A stretch of 64,000 nucleotides of DNA from Glaucostegus cemiculus (lineage: Eukaryota): the NCBI GenBank assembly GCA_976551045.1, contig CDPCPM010000087.1:5332001-5396000 (forward strand), in the 5' to 3' direction. A program made the position numbers and the translations under genes. Shown in pieces: positions 27,585 to 41,124 of the stretch. The notes beneath the pieces were generated by a model. It searched no databases. It worked only from the letters and a program-made list of their open reading frames with translations, and had not been told where the DNA came from. The stretch's first letter is position 1. Each line of letters opens with the position of its first letter.

Positions 27585-28900
27585 TAAAACCATAAGATAT
27601 AGAAGTAGAATTAGGCCATTTGGCCCATCAGGTCTGCTCCGCCATTTAATCATAGCTGATTTTTTTCAACCCCATTCTCCCACCTCATTGTAACCCTTAA
27701 TCCCATTACCGACCAAGAACCTAGCACTCCCTGCCTTAAATACACCAAATAACTTGTACTCCACCACCCTCTGTGACAACAAATTCCACAGATTCACCAC
27801 CCTCTGGCTGAAGAAATTCCTTCTCATCTCAGTTTTAAAGGGATGTCCCTTTATTCTGGGGCTGTGCCCTTGGATCCTGGACTCTCCCACTGATGGAAGC
27901 ATCTTCTCCATGTCCACTCTAAGCAGCCTTTCAGTATTTGATAGGTTTCAATGAGATTCCCCCTCATCCTTCTGAACTCCATCAAGTACAGACCCAGAGA
28001 CATCAAATGCACCTCATATGTTAACCCTTTCATTCCTGGGATCATTCTTGTCAACCTCCTCTGGACCCTCTCCAAGGCCAGCACATCTTTCCTTAGATAC
28101 GGGGCCCAAAATTGCTCACAATATTCCAAGTGCAGTCTGACCAACACCTTATAAAGCCTCGGCAGTACACCTTGCTTTTATGTTCTAGTCCTCTCAAAAT
28201 GAATGCTAACATTGCATTTGCCTTCTTTACTACCGACTCAACCTATAAGTTAACAACCCTGAACTGGGACTCCCAAGTCTCTTTGCACCTCCAATTTCTG
28301 AATTCTCTTCCTATTTAGAAAATAGTTTACACCTTTATTCTTCCTAGCAAAGTGCATAACCCCACACTTCATTGTATTCCATCTACCACTTCTTTTCCCA
28401 CTCTCCTAACCTGTCCAAGTCCTTCTGCAGACTCCCTGCCTCCACAACACCTCCACCTATCTTGGTATCATCTGCAAACTTGGCCACAAAGCCATCAGTT
28501 CCTTCATCCAGATCATTCATGTATGTTCTATGTATAGTGAAAAGTTGTGGTCCCAACAATGACCCCTGCAGAACTCCACTATTCACTGGCAGCCATCCTG
28601 AAAAGGATCCCTTTATCCCCACTCTCTGACTTCTGCCAGTCAGCCAATCTTCTAGCCACCTTAGTACCTTGCCTCTAACACCATGAGCTCTTATCTTGTT
28701 TAGCAGCCTCACATGTGATACCTTGTCAAAGGCCTGAAAATCCAAGTAGATAACATCCACCAACTCTCCTTTGTCTAACCTGTTTGTTATCTCCTCCAAT
28801 AATTCTAACACATTTGTCAAGCAAGATTTCCCCTTAACGAAACCATGCTGACTTTGCCCTATTTTATCACATCCTTCCAAGTACTCCAAAATTTCATCAT
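27585..28900 (-). mobile_element. CR1 LINE RT fragment
   Basis: QSQHGFVKGKSCLTN, VDVIYLDF, AKFADDTK, LEYCEQFWAPY. Confidence 0.92.
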
Positions 28901-28904
28901 TAAT

Positions 28905-29392
28905 ACATCACTCCCATTCCCCCATTATTTCCCTGTCGTCGATTCTCCCCCCACCTCCTACCAACCTACACACCTTTGGAATATGGGAGGGAACTGGATC
29001 AAACCCAAGGGGTAAGGGAGAACATGCAAACTCCACACAGACAGCACCAGGGCCATAGGGTCACACAGCACAGAAACAGGCCCTTCAGCCCACTGTTAAA
29101 ACTGACCACCAAACACCCACTTAGAGTAATCCCGTTTTGTTCTCGCCACATTCCCATCAACTCCTCCAGGATTCTACCTCTCACCTACACACAAGGAGTA
29201 ATTTACAGTAGCCAATTAAACTACCAAGCTGCATGTCTTTTCGGGAAGTAGGAGGAAGTTGGAGCACCTGGGGGAACCTCATGCATTCAGAGGGAGAATG
29301 TGCAAACTCCACACAAACAGCACTGGAGGACAGGACTGAACCCAAGTCTCTGGCACTGTGAGGAAGCACCTCTACCAACTGCACCACTGTGC
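28905..29392 (-). mobile_element. V-SINE fragments
   Basis: gggagaacatgcaaactccacacagacagcac motif present twice. Confidence 0.7.
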
Positions 29393-29639
29393 CAGAGACA
29401 GACACATTTCTAGATGCAGAAAACATCAAGGAATATGGGCAGGGAGCAGGAATATGATACGCGAGAGATGATCAGCATGATTTTATTGAATGACAGAATA
29501 GGCTTGAGGGGCCAAATGGCATACTCTGCTCCTATCTTCTGGTTTCCCTGCGTCATCACACAAGCATTACACGCAGTACCAGTATTAGCCACTGAATGGC
29601 AGCAGAGTTCCACATTCCAGGTCACTGACACTGCCCCAA

Positions 29640-30560
29640 CCTCATACTGAACCTAAAACAATGCTTTAAAATACCAATTCCATACACAGACCCCAAAATA
29701 CCCATCCTGAAATGTTGGATTCAAATCACTTACCCCAAAAAAATTAACAGTGGAAACACAGGGCCCAAAACTGAAATGCTGACCTCAAATCACAGATCCT
29801 AAAACCTCAACCTTCAGGATCCACATCACTCACCACCAAACATCATTACCAACACAGCATCGACAAAACACTGACCTCAAATCTGGCCCTAAACACTCTC
29901 CTGAAACACATATGACAAAATATTGGTGCCAAAACACCAACACAATAAAGTGCCCAAAACACCAACTGAGAATAGAAACCCAAAACGCAGCAAAACCACT
30001 GATCTCAAAATACGTCTCCGCTACATCACTCCTGAGCAATTCTCAGACGAAAGGGACCCCAGAAAGCAAGACCAGCACCTCTGTACAAACCATAACACAC
30101 TGACTATAAAACTGAGTCCAAAACATTGACAATAGAACACAGAATCTTAAAAGCATTGATTTTAAAAGACTGGTCCTGAACACTAGTGCTAAATTACTGA
30201 CCACGAAACACTACACAAAACATTAGTGCCACAATCTACCCCCAAAATACTGAACAAAACAAAACCACTTCTTAACACAGGCCCAAAACAATGTCATAAA
30301 ACACCAACCCTTTACACAAACCCCAAACCAAAACACTGCAATACAGGCCCATTCCCAAAACATTGGCCTCAAGATACCAACTCCCAAAACACTGACCACA
30401 GTTTTAGAGTTCAGTCTGGATGCTGAGTTCAATAAAGGGGATCCTACAAAACTGACTCCATAACCCTGACATCAAACTCCTCACCCCAAAAAATACCAAC
30501 CCCAAAATAGTACCCCAAGACACAGACCCCAAAACCTAGATACACCATGCCCACAACACT
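29640..30560. repeat. A/C-rich degenerate tandem repeat (ccccaaaacactgac-like)
   Basis: Strong strand skew and a recurrent short motif. Confidence 0.65.
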
Positions 30561-30799
30561 CTTGGGGTACAAGTGACAGAACCTGAGGTACAGTCCCTGC
30601 AGGATCCTGGGTTCCTTTGTGAACTGGTTTGTATCACACAGGATGACTCTTGATACTTGTTAGGCAGTTTCACAGGATCAATGATTGTTTATTACCTCTT
30701 CAGTTTTGTAGGTTCTGAGGTGGCTGATGACACCACTGTGGGAAGCACAGACCCTTCCACAGATGGGGCAGGAGGTCAGCAATGGGGTGGACGCTTGGG

Positions 30800-31600
30800 T
30801 AGTTTGCAAGGTGGTGCACTCCTTCTACGCAGGGCCTGTGTGTGCACCTAATACATGGTCCAGGTCCAGGTCCTCGATACCATCCCAAATGCTCCTTCTC
30901 CACTTTCAGTGGTCATGGGTTACCGATTCCTAGGAGTCAAAGGGGACTTTGAGAACATCCTTGAACATTTTCAACTGTCTGCCGATGACCTCCTCCCGTG
31001 ACAGGAATAGGGCATCTGTCTGGGGAGACTGGTGCTGGGAATGCGAGCGATGTGGCCTGCCCAAGGTAGACAAATGAGTGTAACCAGGGCCTCAGTGATG
31101 GGAAGCTGGTGTGGGAAAGAACACAGACATTGACTCTGTTATCCTTCCAGTAAACCGGCAGGATTCTGCTGCTTGAGTGAGATGTTGTTGTTCATCACTC
31201 GTTCTCAAGGAAGACATCACATCTAGTGCCTCGATATGCATGGAGATGGCTGAATAGACTAATCTAGGCTCAAACATTCCCTTCACACAGGTGTCAGAAG
31301 TATAGGGGTGCTGTAGCATCAGTGGTACATCTCAGTCGAGATTCTCTTTCGCTCTTTGCTTCCTCCATTCTAGCACCGCTCTTTGTGTGGGTACATCAGA
31401 CAGGTCGATCCGATGTTTGTGGTTCCCAGTGGCAGGTGTCGATGTTGAAACTCTGCAGGGATGTTCTAAGAGACTCTTTGAACCCCTTTTTCTGTCCACC
31501 ACCCGATCGTTCACCATCAGTTAGCTCTCCATCAGGTAGCTGCTTTGGAATTTTGTCACAGACATATTCTGCCCTCCTGATCTGTGATTCTTTCAACAAT
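30800..31600 (-). mobile_element. RTE-clade LINE fragments
   Basis: IPKQLPDGEL..GERSGGGQKKGFKESLRTSLQSFNIDTCHWE, typical of the RTE RT C-terminus. Confidence 0.75.
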
Positions 31601-31619
31601 GTGTGGATGCTGGGGAAAT

Positions 31620-31727
31620 CTATTCAGGACAACAAACAAAATGAGGGAGAAACTCAGTGGGTCAGGCAGCACCTGTGAAGGGAAACAGTCAGTCGACGTT
31701 TCGGGTCGAGACTCTCCATCTGGACTT
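31620..31727 (-). mobile_element. Penelope pseudo-LTR remnant with a degenerate hammerhead
   Basis: Minus strand agtccagatggagagtctcgacccgaaacgtcgact. Confidence 0.7.
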
Positions 31728-31789
31728 CACCAGCATTGAAGGCTGTGTTGTGTACGCAGTGCTAGACTTAAGAATGGATCATAGGTTGG

Positions 31790-32890
31790 CATAGAATATA
31801 AAAGTCGAGATGTTGTGCAACTTTACAAAATGCTGATTAGACTGCATTTTAAGTATCGTGCATCACACTATAGGAAGGACGTGGTTGCTCTGGAGAGAGT
31901 GCAGAGGACATTCACCTGGATGTGGCCTGAATCGGAGGACCTTAGTTATGGGGAGAGACTGGATCGGCTGGGCTTGTTTTCCCTGGATCTAAAGAGGCTA
32001 AGGGATGATCTTTTAGAGTAATGTAGAATTATTAGAATAGATAGGATCAATAATCAGAATCCTTTCCCCATTGTGGGGGTATCAAAAACAAAAAGGCATA
32101 GATATAAGGTGAGAGGAGGAGATTTAAAGGCAATTTGATTTTTATTTTACTCAGAGTGGTTGATATCTGGAACTCGCTGCCATGGGAGTTGATGGAGTCA
32201 GATATAATTATTAGCTTTAAAAGGCATTTAGACATACTTAAATAGGCAGGGCCTGGAAGGATACAGGTCCTAATGTGGGTGATAGTGTGGATGGGCACAG
32301 GGGTTGACATGAACACAGTAGGGTGAAGAGCCTGTTTCTGTGGTGTATAATTCTATGAATCGATGACTCTGTGAAAAGGAGAAACAGAACACAAGACAAA
32401 TCCAGGAGAGAAACGTAAAAGCAAGAAATATGTACAAAGGAAATCATCAGCAAAGGAAATGTGAGTCTCCTATAGATGGAGACAGGAGAAACTACACTGA
32501 TGAGTAAGTAAATGGCAATTTACAATCTGGCTTCAGGGAAGAAAACCTCATGGAAATAACGAAGAACAGGTATGGAGTGAACGAGGAGCTGAAAGAAATT
32601 AACTTTAGTGAAAAGAACAATATTGGAAAAGTTAACAGGGCTGAAAGCCGATAAATCCACAGGACCCGATATCCCGCAGCACAAGGAAGAGACCATCATG
32701 GAAAGACTGGACGCATTGGTGATCATCTTTCAAAATCTCATAGATTCTGTAGTGGTTCCCACAGAACGGAAGGGAGCGAAGAGGGCAAGTGGAAAGGAGG
32801 AACTACAGACCAGTTAGCCTGACATCAGGGAAAATGGTAGAATCTATTGTTAAAGAACTGTTAGCAGGATACTTAGAAAATAATAACAGG
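31790..32890 (+). mobile_element. CR1 LINE fragments
   Basis: YRKDVVALERVQRTFT, LKADKSTGPD, NYRPVSLTS. Confidence 0.8.
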
Positions 32891-33949
32891 ATTGGCAGAG
32901 CACCCAACATTAGTGGAGAGAAACAGTCCATGTTTGACCTGAAATGTCGACTCTCCCTACTACCATTGCTCGATTAGTTGAGTGGTTGCAGGATGTTGCT
33001 TGTCAAGAATCTTCCCCATAAACTGATGCTGGCTGGCCTCCCAGAAATCCTCAAGGATGCATTAGGCATTAGAATTCCCAACTCTCACGTTGGCTTAGGA
33101 TCGTGGAACACTGCGTTTGTTGAATGTGGGAATGAAGAGGCTGTGGAACCTGAGGAATGGAGGTGCAGGACTGGGGCACAATGTGGATTGTGTGTTCAAA
33201 ATGAGTAAACGCAGGGCAAGATTCAAAGATACTTATTGCACAGGGAAAGGTGCTCATGGAGCCATCAGGTAGGTAGGTTCAGGTGGAACGTTAGAGGGAA
33301 GACAAACAAAGGGACACGTTAAGGCAATGAAACACAGGGCAGAGCTTTTCTTGAAATCTGAAACCATAAGGAAAATGCAGGGAATGTCCAGCTGATCAGG
33401 CAGTGTCTGTGGAGAGAAATAAAATGACATGATGGATGGTGTATATGAACAGCACCAGCTGCAAAAAAAAGCCAAGAGGCTGACAAGTTGTGGGCAACAG
33501 CTGTCTAAAAGCAACCGAGGAATGGAAACCAGGGTACAGAGATGTTGAGGAGAAAGAACAGGCAATGTGTAAAGTAAGGAAGCTGAAAGAGAAGGACTAT
33601 GGCTTGCACCATTACCCACCACACGTCTAATCCAAGTTGCTCAGGAACCTCAGGTGAAGGTCTTAGTCCATGAAAGAAACAACAAGTGAGGCAGATTGGT
33701 GCATAATCTGGGCAATGGAAGATAAAGCCCAGGGGTGCAGTGTATCACAGGTTCTCTGTGTCCTGTAGGCTCTTCACATCTCTCCTGAGACAAACATCAT
33801 ACTCCGGGCTTTATCATGAGAGACACAATGTATACAGACAGATTCTTTCCTGACCCAAAACATTGACTGTCTGCTTTTCTCCACGGATGCTGTCTGGCCT
33901 GCTGAGTTCCTCCAGCACCTTGTTTTTTCACCAACATCCTTTGTTTCTC

Positions 33950-35010
33950 TAGAATCTTTCTTTGGTCCCCTCTGTACCGTTCTCCCTCCAGCACTGTGAT
34001 ATTTCTTTCATCACCAAGGCCACCCCTCCTCTTTTCTTCTATTCCCGATCCTTGAACACATATCCAGGGATATTTAGTGCCCGGTCCTGCCCAGGTTTGA
34101 ACAGTTTCTGCTATTACCACATGACTATCTGTGCTGTAGTCATTAACCTTATTCACACTCACCCCCAGTAAACCAAACTTAGTTATATCATTTCCATTTT
34201 CACTGACCTCAATAAGTAAATATTTGCACTGACCTGATCTAGTGTGAATTGCCTTCCCATGTATCTTTTCATTTCTTTGTCATTAATTTTATCTTACCAA
34301 TTATCCTGACTCCAGTTCTATTTCTTGGTGCACCCTTATGTGTGGACACTCTGCCCACTCCTGATACACGCTGGCTGTCATTGTTCTGCACCCCTCACCT
34401 GAACCCCATCCTTCTGTTCCCAGCTCAACTTTTCTCCCTTCTGATTGTACTCTTGGCGTCCCACCTCCTGCCAAAGCAGCTCAACCCTCCCCACCAGCAT
34501 TAGTAAACGTCCCCGTGAGGATAACGTTCCGTTCCTGTTGAAGTGGAACCCATCTGGGTTAGAGAGGTCCCATTTTCCTCACTAAAACCCTCCTCCTACA
34601 CCACCTCTCCTGCTATGCATTCATCTTCCTATACCTGTACTCACTAGTACATGCTACTGATAGTAAACAAGCTGGTGTAGCGACTCACGATGTCGGGATC
34701 TGAAACGCCGTCGGCCGTCGCGGGGAAACGCGCGAGTTCCCACGATAGTGCCGGAAGGCGGGACTTCTGGCAGGAGTATGACGTCACTTCCACCGGCCAC
34801 GTTTTTTGTACTTCGGGATATGCGCGGCTTTTGGTAAGTTATTAAAAACGTGCTCGATCGAGTCTCCGTGTCCTCGTGTTCTTTTAAGTCGCACCCTTCT
34901 GGTTGCTACACTACTACCCTTACTATTTCTTTCCTAGCTCCCTATACTCCACCTGAAGGACCTCATTCCCCTTCCTACCTATGTCACTGATACTGATATG
35001 GACCACAACC
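33950..35010 (-). mobile_element. Degraded CR1 (ORF1/endonuclease region), interrupted by an LTR-like insert
   Basis: VVIAETVQTW...PWICVQG remnant; resembles the 41500-42200 CR1 segment. Confidence 0.55.
34676..34910 (+). mobile_element. CpG-rich solo LTR-like element (235 bp)
   Basis: TGTAGCGAC...GTTGCTACA termini (8/9 inverted), ATTAAA at 34841, high CpG density; no TSD seen. Confidence 0.65.
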
Positions 35011-35039
35011 TCTGGCTGATCACCAAAATGATAGGAGAT

Positions 35040-35445
35040 AGAACATTACAGCACAGGAACAGGCCCTTTGGCCCACAATGTTGTGCCAAACTAATTAGTA
35101 ATCAAATGCCTAACTAAACTAATCCCTTCTACCTAACCAATGTCCATCATTTCCTGCACATTCATGTGCCTGTCTAAGAGCCTCTCAAATGCCTCGATCA
35201 TATTTGCCTCCACCCCCACCCCTGGCAGTACATTCCAGGCACCCACCACTCTCTGTGTAAAAAAACTTGCCCCACTTATCTCCTTTGAACTTACCCCCTC
35301 TCACCTGAAATGCATGCCCTCTGGTACTACATATTTCAGCCCTCGGAAAAAGATACCAGCTATCTATGCCTCTCATAATCTTATAAATTTCTGTCAGGTC
35401 TCCCCTCAGCCTCCACCCTTCCATAGAAAACAACCCAAGTTTGTC
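35040..35445 (-). mobile_element. CR1 3' end
   Basis: MEGWRLRGDLTEIYKIMRGID and the CR1 3' stem-loop/tail. Confidence 0.85.
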
Positions 35446-35479
35446 TCAGCTGGGGGAGGGGGAATTATGATGCTATTGG

Positions 35480-38400
35480 GCAAGAACTTGGGAGTGTAAA
35501 TTGGGAACAGATGTCCTTGGGAAAGTGCACAGCAGAAATGCGGAGGTTGTTTAAGGAACACTTGCATGAGGCTCTGGATAGGTTTGTCCCATTGAGGCAG
35601 TGCAAGGATGGTAGAGTGAGGGAACTGTGGTTGACATGAGATGTAGAATATCTTGTCAAGAGGAAGAAAGAAGCTTACCTGAGGTTTAGAAAGCAAGGAT
35701 CAGGCAGGGCTCTGGAAGGTTACAAGGTAGCCAGGAGGAAGCTTAAAAATGAACAGGAAAATAAGAAGGGGGCATGAGAAGTTCTTGGAGAGTAGAATCA
35801 AGGAAAACCCCAAGGCATTCTACACATATGTGAAGAATAAGAGGATGACTAGAGTGAGGGTAGGACTGATCAGGGATAAAAGAGGAAACATGTGCCTGGA
35901 GTTGGAAGAGGTAGGGGAGGTCCTTAATGAATACTTTGCTTCAGTATTCAGCAGAAGACCTTGACGTTTGTGAGGATGGCATACGGCAGACAGATATGTT
36001 AGGGCATGTCGACGTTAGGAAAGAGGATGTGCTCGAACTACTGAAAAACATTAGGATAGATAAGTCACTAGGGCCAGATGGGATATATCCAAGGTTATTA
36101 CGGGAAGCTAGGGAAGAAATTGCTGTGCCTTTGGCGAAGATCTTTGTGTCCTCACTGGCCACAGGAGTAGTGCCAAATGATTGGAGGGTGGCAAATGTTG
36201 TTCCTTTGTTTAAGAAAGGGAGTAGGGAAAAAACCTGGGAATTATAGAAAAGTGAGTCTTACTTCAGTAGTGGGCAAATTTACTGGAGTAGATTCTTAGA
36301 GACAGGATTTATGGGCATTTAGAGAAGCATAGGCTGATTAGGGACACTCAGCATAGCTTTGTGAGGGGCAGACTGTGCCTCACGAGCCTGATTGAATTCT
36401 TTGAGGATGTGACAAAGCACATTGATGAAGGTAGAGCAGTGGATGCGGTGTACATGGATTTTAGTAAGGCATTGATAAGGTTCCTCATGGAAGACTTATT
36501 CAGAAAGTCAGGGGGCATGGGATCCAGGAAAACCTGGCTGTGTGGATCCAGAATTGGCTCACCCAGAGGGTGGTGGTAGATGAAGCATATTCTGCCTGGA
36601 GGCCGGTGACCAATAGTGTTCCGCAAGGATCTGTTCTGGGATCTCTTTCTTTGTGATTTTTATAAATGACTTGGATAAGGATGTGGAAGGGTAGGTTAGT
36701 AAGTTTGCTGATGATACAAAGATTGGTGGTGTTGTGGACAGTGTAGAAGGTTGCTGTAACTTACAACAGGACATTGATAGAATGCAGATCTGGGCTGAGA
36801 AGTGGCAGATGGAGTTCAACCCGGATAAGTGTAAAGTGATACACTTCAGGAGATTGAATTTGAAGGCAGAATACAAGGTTAATGGCAGGACTCTTAGCAG
36901 TGGGGAGGAACAGAGGGATCTTGGGGTCACGTCCATAGATCCCTCAAGGTTGCTGTGCAGATCAATAGGGTTTTTAAGAAAGCGTATGGAGTGTTGGCCT
37001 TCATTAGTCAGGGGACTGAGTTCAAGAGCCGCGAGGTGATGTTACAGCGCTATAGAACTCTGGTTAGACCATACTTGGAGTATTGTGTTCTGTTCTGGTC
37101 ACCTCATTATAGGAAGGATGTGGAAGCTTTAGAGAGAGTGCAGAGGAGATTTACCAGGATGTTGCCTGGAAGGGAGAGAATATCTTATGAGGTTAGGTTG
37201 AGCCAGCTAGGGCTTTTTGGAGAGAAGAAGAATAAGAGGTGACTTAATAGAGGTGTACAAGATAAGAGGCATAGATTGAGTGGGCAGTCAGAGACTTTTT
37301 TCCCCAGTGTGACAATGGCTAACACGAGGGGACATAATTTTAAGGTGATTGAGGAAAGTATAAGGGGGACGTCAGAGGTATTTTTTTTTAACATAGTGAG
37401 TGGTGGGTGCGTGGAATACACTGCCAGCAGATGTCATGGGGGCTGATACATTAGGGACATTTAAGAGACTCTTAGATAGACACATGAATGATAGAGAAAT
37501 GGGGGGGCTATGTGGGAGGGAAATGTTAGATAGATCTTAATGCTCAGCCCACTGTTCACCTTGCTGACTTACGACTGCATGGCCAGATCCAGCTCCAACC
37601 ACATTGTTAAATTCGCTGACAACATGACAGTGGTGGGTCTCGTCATGAACAACGATGAAACAAACTACAGAGAAGAGGTGAAGCAACTGGCCATGTGGTG
37701 CAGCAGCAACAACCTCTCCCTGAATGTGGGAAAAAACAAGACGACGGTAGTGGATTTCAGGAAAGGTCACCGTGTGCACACCCCGCTGACCATCAATGGG
37801 TCTGCGGTGGAACAAGTCAGCAGCACCAAGTTCCTGGGGGTGCACATCGCTGATGACCTGACCCGGTCCATTAACACTACAGCCCTCACCAAGAAAGCCC
37901 AGAAACGCCTCTACTTCCTGCAGAGATTGAGGAAAGTGAACTCACATCCTTCTATTATGAAAGCTTTTTATAGAAGGACTATTGAGAGTATCCTGACACA
38001 CTGCAGCACCATCTGGTGTGGGAGCTGCTCAGCTGCTGGACGGAAGTCCCTTCAGAGAATAGTGAGAGCGGCAGAGAAGATCATAGGTGTCTCTCTACCC
38101 TCTATTGCGGATATATATAGAAGGACCGATGTGTCAGAAAGGTCACAAACATAATGTCGGACCCTTCTCACCCCTCCTACCACCTCTCTACACTCTTGCC
38201 ATTTGGAAGAAAACTCCAGTGCATCTGGGCAAGGACTACCAGACTGTGCAATAGCTTCTTCCCACAAGCTATCAGAACTGTGAACGCCCTCATCCCTCCA
38301 TCACTCCCGCCAACACCTAAGGATGCTAGGCATACAGAAATGCACCAGCACTTTAAATGTCCATTGTCTGCTGCCTCAGTACGCTCACTTTAAGATTGTT

Positions 38401-38650
38401 TATTTGAGTCGCTATTTAATTTTGTGGTTCCAATGTTTTTAGTGTCTTTCTGTCTTTGTGTCACTCATTGTTTCTTTTTTTAATGTGACAAGCACCTTGA
38501 TCTGTGGAGTATGGTATTTCGCTCCTATGCATACTGAATGTGTATATAGTAGTGACAATAAAAACTGATTCTGAGAAGGATAAAATGTCGGCACAGCACT
38601 GCGGGCTGAAGGGCCTGTATTGTTCTATCTTCTATTTTCTATGTTCTCTT
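35480..38650 (+). mobile_element. CR1 LINE (RT), with a Rex1 element inserted in its 3'UTR
   Basis: IKENPKAFY, DKSLGPDGIYPRLL, WRVANVVPLFKKG, LVRPYLEYCV; the CR1 3'UTR resumes at ~38575. Confidence 0.9.
37540..38573 (+). mobile_element. Rex1/Babar LINE, 5'-truncated
   Basis: LSPLFTLLTYDC...IVKFADNMTVVGL...NYREEV...KFLGVHI...AQKRLYFLQRL; tail aataaaaactgattctga. Confidence 0.9.
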
Positions 38651-39065
38651 CTTAAATCACATGCCCTCTAATCCAGGCAGCATCCTGGCAAACCTCTTCT
38701 GCACCCTCTCCAAAGTCTTCACATCTTTCCTGTAATGAGGCAACCAGAATTGAATGCAATACTCCAGATGCAGCCTAACAAGAGTTTTATAAAGCTGCAA
38801 TATAACTTCCTGAACCTTGAACTCAATTCTTTGACTAATAAAGGCAAGCATGCCGTACATCTTCTTTACCACATTGTCAATCTGTGTAGCCACTTTCAGG
38901 GAGCTATGGACTTGGACTCCATGATCCCTCTGCACATCAACATTGTTAAGGGTCTTGCCATTTACAGTGTACTGTCCCTTTACATTTGATCTCCTGAAGT
39001 GCAACACTTTACATCTGGCTGGATTAAATTCCACCTGCCATTTCTCCACCCATATCTGCAACTGC

Positions 39066-39355
39066 AGGCACGGTAGCATAGCGGTTACATAACGCTTTAC
39101 AGTGCCAGTGACCTGGGCTCAAATCCAGCCACTGTCTGTAAGGAGTTTGTACATTCTCCCTGTGTCTGCATGGGTTTCCTCCGGGTGCTCTGGTTTCCTC
39201 CCACGTTCCAAAGATGTACAAGTTAGGAAATTGTGGGCATGCTATGTTGGCACCAGAAGTGTGGCGACACTTGTGGGCTGCCCCCAGAACAGTACACAAA
39301 AAGGTGTATTTCACTCTGGGTTTCGATGTACATGTGACTAATAAAGGTATCTTAT
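39066..39355 (+). mobile_element. V-SINE inserted in CR1
   Basis: ggcacggtagcatagcggtt head and ggagtttgtacattctccc core; the CR1 sequence resumes after it. Confidence 0.85.
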
Positions 39356-40717
39356 ATCCTGCTGTATCCTTTGGCAGTCTTCTATGCTATCTACAACACC
39401 ACCAATCTTTGTATCACCTGCAAACTTACTAACCCACCCATCTACATTTTTATCTGGGTCACATATGCATCACAAACAGTAGAGGTCCCAGTAGGGATCC
39501 CCAGTCACAGACCTCCAGCCAGAATGTCCCATTGACCACAACCCACCATCTTCTATGGGCAAGCCAATTCTGAATCCAAACGGCCAATTCACCATGGATC
39601 CCGTGCATCTTAATCTTCTGGATGAGCATCCCATGAGGGACCCTATCAAACACCTCACTAAAATCCACGTAGATAACATCCACAGCTCTACCTGCATCAA
39701 TCACCTTCATAGCCTCCTCAAAAAACTCAATCAAGTTTGTAAGTCACAACTTGTCCTGCACAAAGCTATGCTGACTATCCCTAATTAGACCATAGTTTTT
39801 GAAATGCTCATAAATCATACCTCGAAGAGTCCTCTCCAGTAACTTCCCTAACACTGACGTGAGACTTGCTGGTCTATAGTTTTCAGCATTATCCTTATTT
39901 TCCTTCTTGAATAACAGAACAAAATGAGCTACTTGCCAGTCCTCCAGGACCTTGCCTGTGGCTAAAGAGGACACAAAAATATTGGTCAAGGCCCCAGCAA
40001 TCTCATCTTTTGCCGCTCTTGATAACCTGGGGTATATCCCACCAGGCCCTAGAGATTTATCCACTTTAATGTTAAGAGACCCAACACTACCTCCTTCTTT
40101 ATTTTGAAATGCCCCAGCATATTAGCACGTTCCACACTGACCTCCCTATCCTCCATATCCTTCTCCTTGGTAAACACTGATGCAAAGTACTAATTTAGGA
40201 CCTCTCCCACATCCCCCACCTCCAAGCACATGTTCCCTCCTTTATCCTTGAGCAGTCCTACTCACTCCTTAGTTATCCTCTTGATGTATGTATAGAATAC
40301 CTTGGGATTCTCTTTAATTCTACTTGACAAGGACTTTTCATGGTCCCTCCTGGCTCTCCTAATTTCCTTCTTGAGTTCTTTTCTCACTTCTTTATAATCC
40401 TCAAGGGCTCTGTTTGATTTTAGCTTCCTAAACCTTATATACGCTTCCTTTATCTTCTTGACTAAATTCACCACCTCCCTCATCATTCAAGTTAGTTAGT
40501 TTCCTTCCTCCATTCCTCAAACATACCTGTCCTGTACTCTGTGCAGTTGGTCTTTAAACACCCTCCACATGTCATAAGTAGACTTGCCCAAAAACAGCTG
40601 TTCCCAATTAACTCTCCATAGTTCCTGCCACTCATGCAATTTGCCCTGCTCCAATTTAATATTCTCCCACCAGGTCCATACTTATCTTAATCTTTATCTA
40701 TAGCTACCTTAAAACTA

Positions 40718-41124
40718 TGTCATGATTCTGAGTACTGGCCCTTGATTTGGTTCCTTAGATGCCTCGTTGTACAGCACATGGATTCCATGCTAGACTGAGT
40801 GCATAACGACACACACCTGAGCCCCATCAGGTGCCTAGCATAAGTACCTGGGTTTCTCTAGCACTAGTTGACAGAGGATTGGTCAACCTTTGGGCAGATG
40901 TTGGCTCCTAACTATTTAGAGTGCTCTACTCTAGAGCAGTCCTGTGTTCTTTAGTCCTGCTTGAAGATTCAGTTTCTGTTGGGATTACTACTCAGCTCTC
41001 TGATGCAAGACTCCTTCCAGTGTTGCCTGTGTTCAGTCCTTAGGAAGTATCCTGACTCCTGTCTTGTACCAATGTGCCACATTTGGGTTCTCTGTGAGCT
41101 TGCTCTTCAACCAACATTGTGACT
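40718..41124 (+). mobile_element. Decayed solo LTR inserted in CR1
   Basis: TGTCATGAT...ATTGTGACT termini, TSD aacta/aactg, cacacctg...ataagtac core. Confidence 0.6.

Noticed and set aside
37540-38154. Open 204-aa RT ORF
   Set aside because: Truncated Rex1 copy with the catalytic FADD mutated to FADN and a downstream frameshift.
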